From Chromatiaceae bacterium (GTDB lineage Bacteria; Pseudomonadota; Gammaproteobacteria; Chromatiales; Chromatiaceae): 64,000 nucleotides of DNA. The position numbers and the translations under genes are program-made. The notes under the pieces were generated by a model, which ran no database searches, had not been told where the DNA came from, and saw only the letters and a program-made list of their open reading frames with translations. Positions within the stretch are counted from its first letter, which is position 1, and each line of letters begins with the position of its first letter. The DNA lies in assembly GCA_024639005.1 (NCBI GenBank), contig JAHEJD010000005.1, positions 15,563 to 79,562 of the forward strand. The letters are read 5' to 3'. Shown piece after piece: positions 23,179 to 31,531 of the stretch.

Positions 23179-24594
23179 GTGTTTCGCGCGGGTCGGATCG
23201 AACGTGGATGGCGGGGAGTGACACAACCCAGCCTTTCAGGGGAGGGTGCGGAGGCGCATGATTGGCGGAATGCCTGGCGGCATGTTCGCGACGATGCTCG
23301 TGTGCGCCGCCTGTTTTTCTTCGGCTACTCTTCCGGCCTGCCGCTGCTGTTGGTATTCGGAACCCTGTCTTACTGGCTTCGCGAGGCCGGTGTCGATCGC
23401 GCCACCATCGGCTACATAAGCTGGGTGGCGTTGGCGTACGGATTCAAGTGGATATGGGCGCCGTTGGTCGACCGTATGGGGCTGGCCTGGCTGCGGCGCC
23501 GACTGGGCAGGCGGCGCAGCTGGTTGCTGTTGTCCCAGGGTGTGCTTATTTTCGGTCTGGCCGCAATGTCGATGACGGATCCGGCCATGGATCTCGAGCG
23601 CCTCGTATGGCTGGCGTTGCTCGTCGCCTTTGCCTCGGCGACCCAAGATATCGTTATCGACGCCTACCGCATTGAATCGGCCGAGCGGCGGCTGCAGGGC
23701 ATTCTTGCGGCCGCCTATTCGTTCGGTTATCGCTTGGCGATGATTACCGCCTCCGCCGGCGTGTTGTGGATCGCCGCAGCGGTCGATGTCGACGAGACGA
23801 CCTATCAGCATGCGCCCTGGGCGGTCGCCTATGCGGTCATGGCGGGTCTGATGCTGATCGGCGTATTGACGACCCTGCTTGCCCCGGAGCCGGCGGTCCC
23901 TGCCGAGGCCAGCGGTGTCTCTGCGCCGGGCGCGACACAATGGGTCAGGCTGGGCCACTGGCTACAGCGCGCCGTTGTGCAGCCCTTTGTCGACTTCTTC
24001 CAACGCTTTGGTTGGTTCGCACTGCTGGTGCTGTTTTTGATTGGCAGTTACCGGATTTCCGACATCGTGCTTGGGGTGATTACTAACGTCTTCTACCAGG
24101 ATATGGGGTTCACCAAAGAGGAGGTCGCCAACGTCTCCAAGTTCTTCGGCGTGGTGATGACCTTGATCGGCGCCGCTATCGGGGGGACAGCGGTCTATCG
24201 ATTCGGCATCATGCCGGTGCTGCTGTTGGGAGGGCTCCTGGCGCCGGCAACCAATCTGTTGTTTTCGCTGCTGGCCGGGATCGGCCACGACTTCTGGTGG
24301 CTGGTCGCGGTAGTCGGCATGGATAACTTGAGCGCGGGGCTGGCGTCCGCCGCCTTCGTCGCCTATCTGTCCAGCCTGACCAATGTGGTCTATTCGGCCA
24401 CCCAATACGCGCTGTTCAGCTCATTGATGCTGCTGTTGCCCAAGTTTCTCGGCGGTTTCTCCGGCGTCCTGGTCGAGACCTGGGGGTATGCGGGCTTCTT
24501 CAGCTTTACCGCCTTGCTCGGCGTGCCGGTCCTGATCCTGATCATGCTGGCCTGGCGTTTCAGCCCGACGCCGGAGACGTCAGCGAATGACTGA
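23179..24594 (+). CDS. ampG: AmpG-family muropeptide MFS permease
   Basis: The motif FFFGYSSGLPLLLVFGTLSYWLREAGVDRATIGYISWVALAYGFKWIWAPLVDR is AmpG-like. The N-terminal ~35 aa are uncertain, and an alternative GTG start lies at 23218. Confidence 0.85.
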   Translation: MFRAGRIERGWRGVTQPSLSGEGAEAHDWRNAWRHVRDDARVRRLFFFGYSSGLPLLLVFGTLSYWLREAGVDRATIGYISWVALAYGFKWIWAPLVDRMGLAWLRRRLGRRRSWLLLSQGVLIFGLAAMSMTDPAMDLERLVWLALLVAFASATQDIVIDAYRIESAERRLQGILAAAYSFGYRLAMITASAGVLWIAAAVDVDETTYQHAPWAVAYAVMAGLMLIGVLTTLLAPEPAVPAEASGVSAPGATQWVRLGHWLQRAVVQPFVDFFQRFGWFALLVLFLIGSYRISDIVLGVITNVFYQDMGFTKEEVANVSKFFGVVMTLIGAAIGGTAVYRFGIMPVLLLGGLLAPATNLLFSLLAGIGHDFWWLVAVVGMDNLSAGLASAAFVAYLSSLTNVVYSATQYALFSSLMLLLPKFLGGFSGVLVETWGYAGFFSFTALLGVPVLILIMLAWRFSPTPETSAND

Positions 24595-25264
24595 GTTCGG
24601 CCTGCTCGGTGCTTTCACAGTGGGCGTATTGGGGGGGGTGCACTGCGTTGGCATGTGCGGCGGTATCGTGGGTGCACTGTCTCTGGGGCTACCCGAAGGC
24701 AGGAGTCGCTGGCCGATTATGTTCGCCTATAACCTCGGGCGGATCACGAGCTATGCGCTCGCCGGGGCGGTGATGGGTGCACTGGGGTTCTATTTTTCGG
24801 GGCTGCTGCCAGTGCAGACCGGACAGCGGTTGTTGATGGCCGTCGCCGGGCTGTTCCTGATCCTGATGGGATTGTATCTCGCTGGTTGGTGGAATGCGCT
24901 GACGCGCATTGAGCGAGCGGGCGGACTGCTGTGGCGGCGCATCGAACCCCTTGGTCGCCGGTTCCTTCCGGTGCGCTCGGTGCGTCAGGCCCTGCTCTTG
25001 GGTCTGCTTTGGGGTTGGCTACCCTGCGGACTGGTCTACAGTGCGCTGCTGTGGACAGTGTCGGCCGGCGGCGCTGCACAGGGTGCCCTATTGATGCTTG
25101 TTTTCGGGCTGGGCACGCTGCCCAATCTGCTGCTTATTGGCGCTGCTGCCACGCAGCTTGGCCGCTGGGTGAGAATTCCGGCCGTGCGGGCCCTGGCCGG
25201 CAGCCTGGTCATCCTATTTGGGTTGGCGATGTTGTACGAAGCCTGGGGGCTTCGGGCGGGTTAG
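24587..25264 (+). CDS. DsbD_2-like polytopic membrane protein (HCxGMCGG and WLPCG motifs)
   Basis: This 225-aa ORF overlaps the ampG stop by 8 nt. It carries GGVHCVGMCGGIV and LWGWLPCGLVY. The family name is from memory (often annotated as TauE/SafE-like or cytochrome-biogenesis-like). Confidence 0.7.
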   Translation: MTEFGLLGAFTVGVLGGVHCVGMCGGIVGALSLGLPEGRSRWPIMFAYNLGRITSYALAGAVMGALGFYFSGLLPVQTGQRLLMAVAGLFLILMGLYLAGWWNALTRIERAGGLLWRRIEPLGRRFLPVRSVRQALLLGLLWGWLPCGLVYSALLWTVSAGGAAQGALLMLVFGLGTLPNLLLIGAAATQLGRWVRIPAVRALAGSLVILFGLAMLYEAWGLRAG

Positions 25265-25343
25265 CCAACATAGTGCCCGAAAAGGACAAACCGCAGGCAA
25301 AGTGAAAAGGTCTGGTGCGAACACGGCCACCGAAAATAACGCG

Positions 25344-25403
25344 GCAAACTCAGCTGGATCGATCTGCCTTCGTGCACCACGCGGGCTAGTCCGCCGCGGT
25401 CAC
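25344..25403. repeat. Second copy of the composite intergenic motif plus an imperfect hairpin, between convergent genes
   Basis: It shares gcaaactcagc (25344-25354) and ccttcgtgcaccacgcggg (25367-25385) with 17594-17604 and 17644-17662. The segments gtg/acc/gcgg can pair with ccgc/ggt/cac (25393-25403), leaving two bulges. Confidence 0.45.
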
Positions 25404-25415
25404 GACCTCCGTCGT

Positions 25416-25856
25416 CTAATCTGTAAAGAACTCCTGGCGCATGTTGGCGCGAAGCGGGTAGCGGCCGTCTTCGGGCATGACCTCAAACTCGAATCTCAAG
25501 ATCTCGCGGTGGGCAACCGGAAAATCGGCGATGTAATAAATCGCCTGGTCTTCCTGGATTTCGCGCAGCTCGATAGGGCGGATCTGGCCGTAAAGTGTCT
25601 TGGCGATGGCGCGGATCTCGGCCCGGACCGGTATTCCCATGGTGCCGAGTTCATCATGAATCACGCTGACGTTGAGCAATGCCCGACTTTTGCTGCGTTG
25701 GATGCCGTAGGAACTGGCTACCTGAGAGGGCAGGCTGTCGGTGGTTATCGCATTGTGGTGAATAGTATAGCCGCCGGTATGCGTGCTGTTCTCTGCGCTC
25801 GCGAGCAATGGCGCAAGCAGGGCAAGCGAGCAGATGGTTCTGACCAGGATGTTCAT
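25416..25856 (-). CDS. Secreted DUF4426 domain protein
   Basis: The start is refined to ATG 25854-25856 (MNILVRTICSLALLAPLLASA signal peptide), with GAGGAA upstream. The family is assigned from memory of the GGYTIHHNAITTD...LLNVSV pattern. Confidence 0.7.
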   Translation of the reverse strand: MNILVRTICSLALLAPLLASAENSTHTGGYTIHHNAITTDSLPSQVASSYGIQRSKSRALLNVSVIHDELGTMGIPVRAEIRAIAKTLYGQIRPIELREIQEDQAIYYIADFPVAHREILRFEFEVMPEDGRYPLRANMRQEFFTD

Positions 25857-25976
25857 CGATGATTCCTCCTGCATGTTCTATGTTCTTGTCCGATCATTGC
25901 GCAACAATATATACCAGAGTCGGCAGGAAAAGTGTGCAGTCTCGGCATCGGCGACATCTGCAGCGGGAAACCGCAC

Positions 25977-27917
25977 TCAGGCCAGTGCGCTGGCGACGGC
26001 CGTTGGGCCGGGCGCGTCGCTGCTCAGCAGGTCGCGAAACTTATGCATCGAGGTCAATTGCGCCTGTAACCGGGAATTTTCGCGTTTCAGCGCAGCGATA
26101 CGCTGTTGAACGGTACGACGTGAATCCGCCGCCTGGCGAACGTCCTCGATCTGCTGGGCGAGCGCATCACGGTTTTCCTTGATCTCGCCGGACAGCGGCG
26201 CCAGTACCGTCCTGCTCCAGTGCTGCGCATCATCGTGAGCCATGCTCAGGATCCGTCGTGCGCGGGTTACGATGGTAGCGAAATAGCGTTTCGTTACAAA
26301 GTGTTGTTCCATTAGCGCAGTTCGCGCGCTTTTTCTGAACGCCTGCGCCTCCTGATCGAGCAGGCTGAGTTCGACTTGGTACCGGACGATAGAGAACATC
26401 GAGGGCACTGGCAGCTTGTAGCGGTGCTCTGCCTGAAAACGCTGATGGGTGGCACGCAGCAGCCGTCGCATGGCCCGGGTCTGTTCACCCGCCAGGTCGA
26501 TGCGGTCGCTTATCTGTTCGAACAGCTTGCCCATGGCATCCTTGAGCCCAAAGGTCGTCCAGGCGCCGGTCATGGATTCGCGGATAGCGTCCAGCGTTTG
26601 ATCCAGGCTGCGTGGGTCCAAAGCGTCCAACATGGTTTGCGAATGTCGCCCAAAGCTCGTCAGACTGTGTTTGTAGGCGTCGAGGCTGCGTTGGTAACCC
26701 CTGTGGTCGGCCTGGGCGGCCATCAGTTTCTGCTCGATGGCATCATCGCTCTGATCGGCGAGGTTTCGCAGTGTTAAGCGCTGCTGTTCATTGCGCTGCA
26801 GGCGGGTCCGGATAATCGATTCCAGCATGTCAATGGCCTCGCAGACCCGCGCGGAGTATTCCTGCTGGACGAGTTCGATCCGGTTTACGGTAATCACCCG
26901 GCCCAAATAGCGTTCCAGGTGGTCGATGCCGCTGCGATCCTCCAGGTTGCGATCCTGTTTGATACGCCCCACCAGTGCCCTTTGCGCAGATAACGCAAAC
27001 ACTCGTTCTGCGGCGACTTGCAGGCTCTGAGATACGCTGCGGCACTGCTTACTGATGCTCTCGGTAATCTGTTGCGGGGAGCGTAATTCGTCCCAGAGGG
27101 TGTCGATCTTGTTGAGTACCACCATGACGCCGCGGCGGCGTTGTTGGTCGGACCGCTGGATGAAGCGATGCCAGATCTGCAGGTCGGATTGGGTCAGCCC
27201 AGTATCGGCCGCGAGTACGAAGAGCACCGCTTGGGCTGTCGGCAGCATCTCGTAAGTAAGCTCCGGTTCGCTGCCGATGGCATTCAGGCCGGGCGTGTCG
27301 ACGATGCGCAGACCCTTGGCGAGGACAGGATGACGGATATTGATCAGTGCCAGGCGCCATCGTGGGATGCTGATCAGTTCGGGCATGCCGTCTTCGGGTG
27401 CCGGCAATAGCCCCAACGCCTCGGCGTCTTGCCGCGAGACCTGTTGCACCTCGGTCAGCATCTGCAGCCGCTGGGTGAGCATCTCCGGATCCTCGAGATC
27501 GAGGTCGAATGCCTGCCACTGCTCGGGATGATCACGCAGATCGGCCAACGCGCAGTCGTCCGCACGCGTCGCGATCGGCAGCAGCATCAACTGAGGAGGG
27601 GCATCCAAGTCACAGTAGATCTCGGTCGGGCACATCGTGGTGCGTCCGGCATCGGTCGGCAGCAGTCTGCAGCCCAAGCTGGCGAAGAAAAGGGCATTGA
27701 TCAGCTCGGTCTTGCCGCGCGAAAGCTCACCGGCGACTACCACGGTGAGTCGATCATCACGCAGGCTGTACATTGCGCGCTCGATCGCGTATTCGATTTC
27801 CGGCGCGTGCAGCCCCTGCTGCTTCAACCACGGCTGCAGCTGCTGTAGCAGACGAATCTGCGAGCGCGTCCAGGCGCGGAAGGCCTCGAGTTCGTCGAGT
27901 AGTCTGGTCTTTGACAT
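25977..27917 (-). CDS. Bacterial dynamin-like GTPase (dynamin family protein), solitary
   Basis: The start is refined to ATG 27915-27917 (MSKTRLLDELEAF), giving 646 aa. The GTPase motifs are G1 GELSRGKT, G2 region GRTTMCPTE, G3 DTPG (RIVDTPGLNAIG) and G4 NKID (VVLNKIDTLWD). The helical C-terminal half ends in a coiled coil (RIAALKRENSRLQAQLTS). Confidence 0.8.
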   Translation of the reverse strand: MSKTRLLDELEAFRAWTRSQIRLLQQLQPWLKQQGLHAPEIEYAIERAMYSLRDDRLTVVVAGELSRGKTELINALFFASLGCRLLPTDAGRTTMCPTEIYCDLDAPPQLMLLPIATRADDCALADLRDHPEQWQAFDLDLEDPEMLTQRLQMLTEVQQVSRQDAEALGLLPAPEDGMPELISIPRWRLALINIRHPVLAKGLRIVDTPGLNAIGSEPELTYEMLPTAQAVLFVLAADTGLTQSDLQIWHRFIQRSDQQRRRGVMVVLNKIDTLWDELRSPQQITESISKQCRSVSQSLQVAAERVFALSAQRALVGRIKQDRNLEDRSGIDHLERYLGRVITVNRIELVQQEYSARVCEAIDMLESIIRTRLQRNEQQRLTLRNLADQSDDAIEQKLMAAQADHRGYQRSLDAYKHSLTSFGRHSQTMLDALDPRSLDQTLDAIRESMTGAWTTFGLKDAMGKLFEQISDRIDLAGEQTRAMRRLLRATHQRFQAEHRYKLPVPSMFSIVRYQVELSLLDQEAQAFRKSARTALMEQHFVTKRYFATIVTRARRILSMAHDDAQHWSRTVLAPLSGEIKENRDALAQQIEDVRQAADSRRTVQQRIAALKRENSRLQAQLTSMHKFRDLLSSDAPGPTAVASALA

Positions 27918-28068
27918 CAGGCCTGTAGCAAAGGTGGGAAAGCGGTGCTCAGCATTCTTGAAGCCATCAGTATAGGTCAGGCGGTGCGGCCAATGGCCGC
28001 GCGCCGAACAGCGCGGCATGACCGAATCGTGGCGGCAGTTTATCCATGAACAGCAATTAGTGTGGACA

Positions 28069-28644
28069 TCAGATCATCTGCGCGAAGAGATCCTTGAGTG
28101 GTGGCACAAGCAGCATCTCCAGCACCACCAGCCCAACCATCACCACCATGGGAGATAGATCCAGTCCGCCCATCTCCGGCAAGCGGCGACGCACAGAACC
28201 CAGTATCGGTTCCGTCAGGCTGTGGATCAGGCTGATCGCTGGATTGTAGCTTCCTGGGTTGATCCAGCTGATGATCACCTGGATGAGGATAGCGAACAGG
28301 AAGACATTGATGATCAGCGAGATCAGCTCCGGGATCGCAAGCAGCGCGGCGGCCAGCGGCTGAAGACCAACGCCCGCCAGGCCAAGTATGGCTAGCTGCT
28401 CCAGGGTCAGCACAAACCACGCCAGCACCAGCGCAGCGATATCCATGCCGGAGACGCCGGGGATCACGCGACGCAACGGGTTGAGCAAGGGCTTGGTTGC
28501 TCTGACGATGAATTGGGAGAGTGGATTGTAGAAGTCCGCGCGGACCAGTTGGAGCAGGAATCGCAGGACGACCAGCGCGGCATAGAGTCCGAACAGGACT
28601 TGAACCAGAAACACCGCTGGCTGGGTGAGATAGCTGTCGCCCAT
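28069..28644 (-). CDS. yggT: YggT family membrane protein
   Basis: This 191-aa ORF has two YggT-like repeats (NPLSQFIVRATKPLLNPLRRVIP and NPAISLIHSLTEPILGSVRR). It has a TAATG overlap with proC. Confidence 0.85.
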   Translation of the reverse strand: MGDSYLTQPAVFLVQVLFGLYAALVVLRFLLQLVRADFYNPLSQFIVRATKPLLNPLRRVIPGVSGMDIAALVLAWFVLTLEQLAILGLAGVGLQPLAAALLAIPELISLIINVFLFAILIQVIISWINPGSYNPAISLIHSLTEPILGSVRRRLPEMGGLDLSPMVVMVGLVVLEMLLVPPLKDLFAQMI

Positions 28645-29468
28645 TAACGTGCCCCCAGGTCGGTAGAGATTTCGATGGAGCGGTCGCGCGCCGCCGCCAG
28701 CGCGCGCTGAAACAGCGTGCGAATATGACCTTCTTCGAGTACCGCGACAGCCCGTTCGGTCGTACCACCCGGTGAGGTGACCTTATTGCGCAGAATCGCC
28801 GAGGAGTCACTGCTCTCGAGCGCCATCCGTGCCGCCCCGAAGGCGGTTTGCAGGGTCAGGAGTCGTGCTGTCTCATCCGGTAATCCGAGCATCTTGGCGG
28901 CATCCTCCATGGCCTCCATAACGAGGAAAAAATACGCTGGGCCGCTTCCGGACAGTGCCGTCACCGCGTCCATCAAGGCCTCATCCTCCACCCATTGGGT
29001 CAGACCGACGGCGCGCAACAGCGACTCGGCCTTTTCGCGCTGGCTGGCGTCTACCTGCGGCGTCGCGTACAGCACGCTGGCCGCGGACTGGATCAGTGCC
29101 GGGGTGTTTGGCATGCTGCGAACCAGGGCCACGGCGCCCCCCAGCCAGGCCTGCAGGCTGTCGCAACGGATACCGGCCGCGATGGAAATGACCAGAGGCT
29201 GCCTTTTGCGTATCGTCTCAGCGAGCTCCTCGGCGACCTGGCGGACAACCTGCGGCTTGACTGCCAGCACGACGACGTCGGCCATGGCCGCGGCCTCGCG
29301 GTTGTCCTGGAGGGTGCGGATACCGGTGGCGTCGTGCAGCGACGCACACTTTTCGATCGAAAGATCGGTCGCGATAAGCCGGTCGGGCGCGATGCCGTCC
29401 GCGAGCAGACCGCCAATCAGGGCGCACGCCATGTTGCCAGCACCGATAAACGCGATGTGATTCGTCAT
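28644..29468 (-). CDS. proC: Pyrroline-5-carboxylate reductase
   Basis: It has IAFIGAGNMACALIGGL (Rossmann motif) and VTSPGGTTE. Confidence 0.95.
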   Translation of the reverse strand: MTNHIAFIGAGNMACALIGGLLADGIAPDRLIATDLSIEKCASLHDATGIRTLQDNREAAAMADVVVLAVKPQVVRQVAEELAETIRKRQPLVISIAAGIRCDSLQAWLGGAVALVRSMPNTPALIQSAASVLYATPQVDASQREKAESLLRAVGLTQWVEDEALMDAVTALSGSGPAYFFLVMEAMEDAAKMLGLPDETARLLTLQTAFGAARMALESSDSSAILRNKVTSPGGTTERAVAVLEEGHIRTLFQRALAAARDRSIEISTDLGAR

Positions 29469-29551
29469 TGAATTGGAGACCGCTGCTGCAAATTTACGCC
29501 AAGTCTAACGGATGTGAGCCAGGTCAGTCGCACGCCTGTCGAACCGGGCGG

Positions 29552-30238
29552 TCAGCCCCTGGCGCCGAAGATATCGGTGCCGATGCGCACCATGGTCGAA
29601 CCCTCCGCGATGGCGGCCTCCATATCGGCGCTCATCCCCATCGACAAGGTGTCGAGTTCGAGACCACGGTGCTGCAGATCCTCGAGCAGCCCGCGCAGCT
29701 GGGCGAATACAGCATGCTGGGTCGCCAGATCGGTGGTCGGGCTGGGCAGGGTCATCAGGCCACGCAGTCTGAGGCGCGGGAGCCCGGCGACGACATGGGC
29801 CAACGCGGGCAGCTCGGCCGGCTGTACGCCACCCTTGGTCGCTTCACCCGATAGATTGACCTGGATACAGACCTGAAGCGGTGGTGCCTGCATTGGGCGA
29901 TGGTCGCTGAGGCGCGCCGCATGTTTGTGCTGGTCGATCCCATGCACCCAGGCAAAATGTCGACTGATCTCTGCGGCCTTGTTGCTCTGCAGCCGCCCTA
30001 TAAAGTGCCACTCGATGGCGAGGTCCGCGAGTGCGTCGACCTTGGGCATGGCATCCTGCAGGTAATTCTCGCCGAACTGCCGCTGGCCCTCGCGATACGC
30101 CGCCACGATGTCAGCGGCCGGTTTGGTCTTACTGACCGCCAGCAGGGCGACCTCGTCGGCCCGTCGCCCAGCCGCCTGAGCAGCGGCACGGATTCGTCGG
30201 CGAACCTCGGCCAATCTTTGAGGAATTTCATTCATCAA
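29552..30238 (-). CDS. yggS: YggS family pyridoxal-phosphate homeostasis protein
   Basis: It has LLAVSKTKP (the PLP lysine), FGENYLQ, WHFIGRLQSNK and LSMGMSADMEAAI. Confidence 0.9.
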   Translation of the reverse strand: MMNEIPQRLAEVRRRIRAAAQAAGRRADEVALLAVSKTKPAADIVAAYREGQRQFGENYLQDAMPKVDALADLAIEWHFIGRLQSNKAAEISRHFAWVHGIDQHKHAARLSDHRPMQAPPLQVCIQVNLSGEATKGGVQPAELPALAHVVAGLPRLRLRGLMTLPSPTTDLATQHAVFAQLRGLLEDLQHRGLELDTLSMGMSADMEAAIAEGSTMVRIGTDIFGARG

Positions 30239-30370
30239 ATAGATATTATAGATACGCGCACAACGGGGCGGCCGAGATCGTGCGAATACGATTCAACTCC
30301 AGTGTCGCGCTGTCGCTAACTATAACCGGCTGTTGCTTTCTGTTTTCACTCTGGTTGCTGCAGGAACATT

Positions 30371-31408
30371 ATGGATATTGCTGAGCTGCTCGCTTTTAGT
30401 GTCAAGCACAATGCGTCGGACTTGCATCTGTCGGCAGGGTTGCCGCCAATGATTCGCGTGGATGGCGATATTCGGAGGATCAACGTCCCGGTGCTGGACC
30501 ACAAAATGGTTCATGAACTCGTCTACGACATCATGAACGATAAACAGCGTAAGGACTATGAAGAGTTCTTCGAGGTCGATTTCTCGTTTGAGATCCCCGG
30601 GCTCGCCCGGTTCCGCGTCAACGCGTTCAACCAGGACCGTGGCGCGGCCGCGGTCTTCCGAACCATCCCCTCGAAGGTTCTGAGCCTAGAGGAACTCAAC
30701 TGCCCATCGGTCTTCCGCGACATCTGCGATAATCCCCGGGGCCTGGTGCTGGTAACGGGACCGACGGGCTCGGGTAAATCGACCACCCTGGCTGCGATGA
30801 TGGACCACAAGAACGACACGGAATATGGCCACATCCTGACCATTGAAGATCCGATCGAATTCGTCCACCAGAGCAAGAAATGTCTCATCAACCAGCGGGA
30901 GGTCCATCGGGACACCCTGGGCTTTGCCGAGGCGCTGCGCTCAGCGTTGCGTGAGGACCCTGACATCATCCTGGTAGGCGAATTGCGCGACCTGGAGACC
31001 ATCCGCCTAGCGATGACGGCGGCGGAGACCGGCCATTTGGTCTTCGGGACTTTGCATACCAGTTCGGCGGCCAAGACCATCGACCGTATCGTCGACGTCT
31101 TCCCGGCCGGTGAGAAATCCATGGTGCGCTCGATGCTGTCGGAATCGCTGCGCGCGGTCATCTCGCAGACGCTGCTGAAGCGCACCGGCGGCGGGCGGGT
31201 GGCCTGTCATGAGATCATGATCGGCACGGCCGCGATTCGAAACCTGATTCGTGAAGACAAGGTCGCACAGATGTATTCGTCCATCCAGACCGGCCAGGCG
31301 CATGGTATGCAGACGCTCGACCAGGGCATGCAGGAAATGCTGAAGAAGGGTCTGATCTCCAAGCAGGATGCCATCGCACGCGCAGTGAACAAGGAGATAT
31401 TTACCTAG
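30371..31408 (+). CDS. pilT: Type IV pilus retraction ATPase PilT
   Basis: It has MDIAELLAFSVKHNASDLHLSAGLPPMIRVDG, Walker A GPTGSGKST, and the AIRNLIRE motif. Confidence 0.95.
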   Translation: MDIAELLAFSVKHNASDLHLSAGLPPMIRVDGDIRRINVPVLDHKMVHELVYDIMNDKQRKDYEEFFEVDFSFEIPGLARFRVNAFNQDRGAAAVFRTIPSKVLSLEELNCPSVFRDICDNPRGLVLVTGPTGSGKSTTLAAMMDHKNDTEYGHILTIEDPIEFVHQSKKCLINQREVHRDTLGFAEALRSALREDPDIILVGELRDLETIRLAMTAAETGHLVFGTLHTSSAAKTIDRIVDVFPAGEKSMVRSMLSESLRAVISQTLLKRTGGGRVACHEIMIGTAAIRNLIREDKVAQMYSSIQTGQAHGMQTLDQGMQEMLKKGLISKQDAIARAVNKEIFT

Positions 31409-31531
31409 CGGCGGAATCATGATTCCTCACACTGGACGCCAGGATCGGTTTGTGGTCTGGTCCGTCATCGAGTAATCATCGGCTAGACCCATTCAGACCA
31501 AACCGGACGCGTGCTGACGCGGGAGGATCGC

